64,000 bases of DNA, taken from positions 32,001 through 96,000 of IMG/VR virus record IMGVR_UViG_3300010283_000005; one strand, written 5' to 3'. Below are positions 59,454 through 64,000 of the stretch, one piece after another. Under the pieces are notes generated by a model. That model saw nothing but the letters and a program-made list of their open reading frames with translations. It was not told where the DNA came from and did not search any database. Within the stretch, counting starts at the first letter, position 1, and each line of letters opens with the position of its first letter. This stretch comes from a virus. Its lineage: Duplodnaviria > Caudoviricetes. Position numbers and translations under genes: made by a program.

Positions 59454-59957
59454 TTATGCATTGATAATCTTCTTGCTGATCTCAAGATTAGGATACTTTT
59501 GAGATACATGACTAGGTATCTCACGATGGATGCAATTACGTAGCTGCATCTTAGCTAGCTTAACTCCAGCTGACTCCAAGTCATCACATAAGGACTGAAG
59601 TCGAATATACTTGTGACCATTCCAAGTGTACTCACTATGATCAATCTTGCCAGCTACCATATAGATATCTACGTCAATATGTACTTCAGTAGGATTAACT
59701 TCTTCCTCATGATCATCTGCCACGTAGTAACTAGTAGGAATATCACTAGTCTCATCATCATACTCTAGTAATCCTAAGTAAGCCTTAGGCACTCTATGCT
59801 TAGTAGCGATAAACTGCAGCTGAGCTGGTTTGATGTCTACTCCAAGTAGAGCTAGCTTACTCACTACTTCATGAGAATCAATCACTTCGCCATTTATCTT
59901 ATAAATCACATCATGATGATTATCATAGCATTTACTCAATTTGATTGGCATATCCAC
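59454..59957 (-). CDS. hypothetical protein with two similar small domains (likely start ATG 59951)
   Basis: AAGGAGG RBS on the - strand; Y..NG...L...GV.....QL occurs twice. Confidence 0.7.
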   Translation of the reverse strand: MDMPIKLSKCYDNHHDVIYKINGEVIDSHEVVSKLALLGVDIKPAQLQFIATKHRVPKAYLGLLEYDDETSDIPTSYYVADDHEEEVNPTEVHIDVDIYMVAGKIDHSEYTWNGHKYIRLQSLCDDLESAGVKLAKMQLRNCIHREIPSHVSQKYPNLEISKKIINA

Positions 59958-59970
59958 ACCTCCTTACCAT

Positions 59971-59978
59971 TATAAACG
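59971..59978 (-). promoter_or_regulatory. CGTTTATA motif on the - strand
   Basis: Oriented towards the only - strand gene. Confidence 0.55.
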
Positions 59979-60017
59979 TATCTATGAAAAAATTTACTCA
60001 AATTTAGTAAAAACCTT

Positions 60018-60046
60018 TTGACATTTGACGTAAAATGTGTTATAAT
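60018..60046 (+). promoter_or_regulatory. consensus host sigmaA promoter
   Basis: TTGACA-17 nt-TATAAT with extended -10 TG and an A-tract upstream. Confidence 0.88.
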
Positions 60047-60243
60047 TAGTATAGGGGGTAACTAAATATAGAGTAATTAGAAGGTGATGAACGTTTATAG
60101 GTAAGGAAAGGAAGGTTTCGGCAAATTGCCCAAATTTCACACCCTAGATTTGGTCAAAACGCTGAAATTTAAAAATTTGCTAAAAACGTTTGCAATTTGA
60201 CGTAAAATGTGTTATAATTAGTATAGGGGGTAACTAAATATAG
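60023..60243 (+). repeat. 49-bp perfect direct repeat (60023-60071 and 60195-60243)
   Basis: ATTTGACGTAAAATGTGTTATAATTAGTATAGGGGGTAACTAAATATAG twice. Confidence 0.95.
60190..60218 (+). promoter_or_regulatory. second sigmaA promoter
   Basis: TTGCAA-17 nt-TATAAT with extended -10 TG. Confidence 0.8.
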
Positions 60244-60304
60244 CAAGATGAGGTTACCAACTAAGCTTAAGAAGAAATTCACTTAAATAAGGAGTTCCAT
60301 TAAA

Positions 60305-61285
60305 ATGGCAGAGAACAAAGAATTCAAATTTGAAGGTAACGAAGTTGATCTTGAGGAAGTCCTCAAGTGGGCAAATGGTCTGGTTAAGGAAGCTAAGGCT
60401 AGCAAGGCTGATGAAAAGATGAACAAGGTTAAGGAGATCGTTGAGGGAGTTGCTCGTAAGTATGCTTCCAAGTGGATCGATCGCGAAGACCTGGAGCAGG
60501 ACTTGTGGGTATCTAGCTTGGAGCTCATCAATCGTTGCGGAGGAATTGAAAATACCGACCTCAAGCTCATCGCTAAGAATGCTTGGAATAAGGCAGTTGA
60601 CTCCTACCGCTACAACCGCAGAAGACATGATTCCAAAGTTCGCTTGATTGATGAGAGCGAATCCGACGATGGTGATTATTCTGCTGGTGGAGCGGATCAA
60701 GCTCAGTACTTCACAGCCAAATCAAGGACAGGCTATGATGAAGCAATTCTGAGAGAGGTAATCGATCTCTTCCCTGAAGGATCCAGACAGCGTAAGTATG
60801 TGGTCGCTAAGCTGTACTCCTATGGTGAAATCGATGACAACTCCGGATTGCCTGATGAACTTCAGCTCCCTGAGGCTGATGACGAAGCGAGCTTCCTGAA
60901 GCTGATCGGATTCAACTCCCGTTATCCTGCTTCTTGGGGCAAGATGAAATATGAAATCCGTGAGAAGATCTACCGTTACTTAGGTCTGATGCCGGAGTCT
61001 TACGAAGACGATCCTAAGAAAATGCTCGAGTGCATCCGTGATCGAGTTGAGACCTTGTTCAGTGAGACTCGTTCTGGATACATTGGTTTGGACAGGCTTG
61101 CAAAGGATAAGGTTCTGATCCTGATGGGTGCAAATGAAGATCGCATCTGGGAAGCTATGACTTCCAGCAGAAAGCTCCTCAGAGGACTCACTGCTCAGGG
61201 TGGCAAGTTCTTAATGAAGGACGAGCCTAGATACCACAAGAACTCCGAGAAGAACCACGATGTAATCATTCCTCGTGAGAAATAA
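60305..61285 (+). CDS. putative phage RNA polymerase sigma factor (sigma70 region 2-like)
   Basis: VARKY....DREDLEQDLWV...IAKNAWNKAVDSYR; later VIDLFPE..RQR. Confidence 0.65.
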   Translation: MAENKEFKFEGNEVDLEEVLKWANGLVKEAKASKADEKMNKVKEIVEGVARKYASKWIDREDLEQDLWVSSLELINRCGGIENTDLKLIAKNAWNKAVDSYRYNRRRHDSKVRLIDESESDDGDYSAGGADQAQYFTAKSRTGYDEAILREVIDLFPEGSRQRKYVVAKLYSYGEIDDNSGLPDELQLPEADDEASFLKLIGFNSRYPASWGKMKYEIREKIYRYLGLMPESYEDDPKKMLECIRDRVETLFSETRSGYIGLDRLAKDKVLILMGANEDRIWEAMTSSRKLLRGLTAQGGKFLMKDEPRYHKNSEKNHDVIIPREK

Positions 61286-61300
61286 GAGGACAGGCTATCG

Positions 61301-61330
61301 GTCAGCTCTGAGCAATCGGAGCTGACTTTT
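61301..61330 (+). terminator. Rho-independent terminator
   Basis: GTCAGCTCTGA-GCAA-TCGGAGCTGAC-TTTT. Confidence 0.8.
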
Positions 61331-61339
61331 GTCGTCAGA

Positions 61340-61347
61340 CGTTTATA
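61340..61347 (+). promoter_or_regulatory. CGTTTATA motif
   Basis: Just downstream of the terminator, upstream of the endonuclease and topoisomerase genes. Confidence 0.5.
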
Positions 61348-61520
61348 ATTTTGGTAGGACTTGGAACTCAGGATTTCCTAAGCCGTTCCGCAAGGGGCAA
61401 ACTCCTCTAATCACCTCGTGAGAAGCCGTCAGAAGCTCGTAGAAGCGTTTGATTTGCTTTGGCGAAGGGGCGGAAGGGTGCGAAATCAAAGCGTTCTAGA
61501 GCCTTATAGAAGCCAATTAA

Positions 61521-62303
61521 ATGAAAGGAGATATCAATTTGTATGGCTACATATATGAAACTACTAATCTAATCAATGGCAATAAATACATAGGTCAGCA
61601 TGTATCTGAAGAATTTGATCCTAATTATAAAGGATCAGGCAAGTTACTATGGCGAGCTATCAATAAGTATGGATGGGATAACTTCTCAGTGAGGGTGCTC
61701 TGTCCATGCTTCAGTCAAGAAGAACTAAATGAAGAAGAGATAATGGCTATAGCTCACTTCAACGCAGTAGAATCTACTAATTACTACAACTTAGCAGCTG
61801 GAGGTCAAACTGGTCATCTAGCTGGTAGTAGATTATCTGAAGATACTAAACTCAAGATGAGTCAATCGCATAAAGGATTAATGGTAGGCGAATCAAACCC
61901 TATGTATGGTAGATCTCCTAGTGCACAGACTAGAGCAAAGCTAAGCAAGTCACTACATGGCAAATTAGCTGGTAGTAAGAATCCTAGATATGGATATAAA
62001 ATGACTCCTGAGGAGAATTCTCATTTATCTGAGCTTACTTCAGGGGAGAATAATCCATTCTATGGAAAGAAACACTCTGCAGAATCATTAGCTAAGATGA
62101 GATCAGCTAAGCTAGGAGATCGTAATCCAGGTGCTAATAAAGTCTGGATTACTAGAAATGGTAAGAATAAGAGAGTCCATCCAGATGAACTAGACGTTTA
62201 CATTCAAGAAGGATGGAAGAAAGGAAGGTATGTAACAGATGAAACAAGAAGGAAATGCTCAGAACGAAACCTTAGAAGGTATCACCCAGAGTTATTCAGC
62301 TGA
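61521..62303 (+). CDS. free-standing GIY-YIG homing endonuclease with NUMOD3 repeats (likely TTG start 61539)
   Basis: YIYETTNLINGNKYIG, YKGSG, YYNL, NP.YG repeats; paralog of 46160. Confidence 0.9.
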   Translation: MKGDINLYGYIYETTNLINGNKYIGQHVSEEFDPNYKGSGKLLWRAINKYGWDNFSVRVLCPCFSQEELNEEEIMAIAHFNAVESTNYYNLAAGGQTGHLAGSRLSEDTKLKMSQSHKGLMVGESNPMYGRSPSAQTRAKLSKSLHGKLAGSKNPRYGYKMTPEENSHLSELTSGENNPFYGKKHSAESLAKMRSAKLGDRNPGANKVWITRNGKNKRVHPDELDVYIQEGWKKGRYVTDETRRKCSERNLRRYHPELFS

Positions 62304-64000
62304 TAAGATCTTAGTCTTGTCTGATTTGGATCATATCAGAACTCGACCGATGATGTATGTCGACTCAGTGGATGATCCTAGACAGCTATTCTCTGAAGCA
62401 TTAGATAATGCTCTAGATGAAGCTCAGTCAGGCTACTCCAAACTCACTGAAGTATTTGTGGATTCTACTTCCCATGAATACACCATTCGAGATTATGGTA
62501 GAGGTATTCCTATTGGTATGAAGACATTACCTGATGGAATTACTAAAGAGACTCTGGAGGTACTGTGTACTAAATCATTCTCAGGTGGTAAATTCAGTGG
62601 AGATAACTACAAGCTACGTGGTGGACTTCATGGCGTAGGACTCGGATGCTGCAATGCATTAGGCGAGAAATTTGAGATTGCTACTCATCGTGATGGTAAG
62701 GCTGTGTATCTGTATTGTGAACGAGGTGAAGTCATGTCACTTCAATATTACAATACTGCTGAAGATAATGGTACAGAGATCACGATTCAGGCTGATCCTG
62801 AGATCTATGATACTGTAATCATTCCTATGGATTACATTATTAATCGATGCCTCGTAGCTAAGGCATTTGGGTATCCAGTTGATCTCTACATAGATGGAGC
62901 TCAGTATCAGCTCCCTGCAGAGACTTTAGCTGATCTAATCCCTAAGGAAGATGCAAATGAGTATGCTCAGTTCGAGGTATCTGCTAGTACAGATTCAGGT
63001 GAATTCATCAAAGTAGTCCTGAAGTACAACTCTGAAACTTCCACTAAGTACTTCGGTTACTCGAATCTGATCTACAATCGATATGGTGGTACTCATACTC
63101 GACTGATTGATCGAGCTATTGAAGAAGTATGGAAGGATTACTACGGAGAGGCTGATGTAATCGAGCTTCGTGACTCAGATTGTAAAGTCGGACTTCGTAC
63201 CTTATGTGCAGTATTCATTAGTGAAGTCGCATTCAGTAGCCAGACTAAAGATAAGCTGACTGTCAAGAATGAAGTAGTCCAGCCTTTGATTGATGCATTC
63301 AAGGTCGAATTCAAGAAGGTACTTGAAGATCAACCTGAACTCCGTAAAGCTTTAATCAAACGATTTGCTGAGTATCGTCAGAGTCAGAATCGACTGACTG
63401 CTCGTAAGGAGATCATGGACTTAGTCAAAGTCAATGGTCGTACTGATTCAGGTACGGTTCGACGCAGATCAATCGTCAATGGATTGATTGAATGTACTTC
63501 TCCGTTCTTAGACGGTACTGAACTGTACCTTGTTGAAGGTAATTCTGCAGGTGGTACTGCTGCTCGAGCTCGTAATAAGAAAACTCAATCAGTACTTCCG
63601 CTGAGAGGTAAAATCAAGAACATCACTTACATGAGTATCGCTCAGGCACTTAAATCTGAAGATATTCGTAAAGTAGTCAATGCTACTGGTGCTGGAGTAG
63701 GCGATGAAACTGATCCTGATCGCTGCAGATATGAGAAGATCATCATCGCTGCAGATGCTGACCCTGATGGTAAGCATATCACTGCACTTCTGATTTCAGT
63801 GTATGTGAATCTGATGCCTGCACTAGTCAAGGCTGGTAGAGTGTACGTACTTGAGCCACCTCTGTTCGGATACATTCAGGATAAGCATTATGTGTTCACC
63901 AATGAATTCGAGGAGATTCCTGAGAAGCTCAGAACTACTAAAGGTTATACTCGATACAAAGGACTTGGTGAGATGGATGATGATGAATTCCGTGATTCTT
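62239..64000 (+). CDS. type IIA DNA topoisomerase subunit B (GyrB/ParE-like), 3'-truncated; not in the ORF track
   Basis: YSADKI.VL, HIRTRPMMY, EALDNALDE, DYGRGIP, GGKF, GGLHGVG, EGNSAGG, PLRGK, DADPDG, RYKGLGEM in one frame. Confidence 0.93.
   Translation, partial: MKQEGNAQNETLEGITQSYSADKILVLSDLDHIRTRPMMYVDSVDDPRQLFSEALDNALDEAQSGYSKLTEVFVDSTSHEYTIRDYGRGIPIGMKTLPDGITKETLEVLCTKSFSGGKFSGDNYKLRGGLHGVGLGCCNALGEKFEIATHRDGKAVYLYCERGEVMSLQYYNTAEDNGTEITIQADPEIYDTVIIPMDYIINRCLVAKAFGYPVDLYIDGAQYQLPAETLADLIPKEDANEYAQFEVSASTDSGEFIKVVLKYNSETSTKYFGYSNLIYNRYGGTHTRLIDRAIEEVWKDYYGEADVIELRDSDCKVGLRTLCAVFISEVAFSSQTKDKLTVKNEVVQPLIDAFKVEFKKVLEDQPELRKALIKRFAEYRQSQNRLTARKEIMDLVKVNGRTDSGTVRRRSIVNGLIECTSPFLDGTELYLVEGNSAGGTAARARNKKTQSVLPLRGKIKNITYMSIAQALKSEDIRKVVNATGAGVGDETDPDRCRYEKIIIAADADPDGKHITALLISVYVNLMPALVKAGRVYVLEPPLFGYIQDKHYVFTNEFEEIPEKLRTTKGYTRYKGLGEMDDDEFRDS

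Noticed and set aside
60023-60243. CRISPR array or att site
   Set aside because: Only two copies with a 123-nt gap, each a promoter; no cas or integrase gene in the window
1-64000. Additional remote VR targets, tRNA genes, alternative genetic code
   Set aside because: No further TR-like matches or cloverleafs seen by eye (a BLASTn-short and tRNAscan run would settle this); genes are intact under code 11, with TAG used as a stop

Overview
This 64-kb window is part of a large contractile-tailed (myovirus-type) phage. Its host is most likely a Clostridia/Lachnospiraceae-type Firmicute, judged from AAGGAGG RBSs, a consensus sigmaA promoter and a GH73-CHAP-CW_7 endolysin. Almost all genes are on the + strand. 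From left to right: small early/DNA-metabolism genes (GroES-like, HD domain, PC4-like, divergent ThyX-like, SSB); terminase; a T4-like head module (portal, protease-scaffold, major capsid, neck); tail and baseplate; a long tail-fibre region; lysis genes; then a divergent early region with a sigma-factor-like gene, a GIY-YIG endonuclease and a GyrB/ParE-type topoisomerase truncated by the window end. The main result is two complete, unrelated diversity-generating retroelements (DGRs) about 13 kb apart, each diversifying a different tail protein. DGR1 is target 34380-40397, avd, TR, RT; 19 of 19 VR/TR mismatches fall at TR adenines. DGR2 is target 52666-54048, TR, RT with no avd; 25 of 26 mismatches fall at TR adenines, and it carries an extra structured RNA segment. 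Both TRs are enclosed by a covarying long-range stem followed by a small hairpin, and both RTs overlap a paralogous chaperone-like gene. Other observations are two families of candidate phage promoter motifs (GCTTA[C/A]CCGTTAGA and CGTTTATA), a probable +1 frameshift before the tape-measure gene, recurrent prohead-protease cleavage motifs and an internal start in the endolysin. Protein-family calls rest on motif recognition and synteny only; no database search was run.
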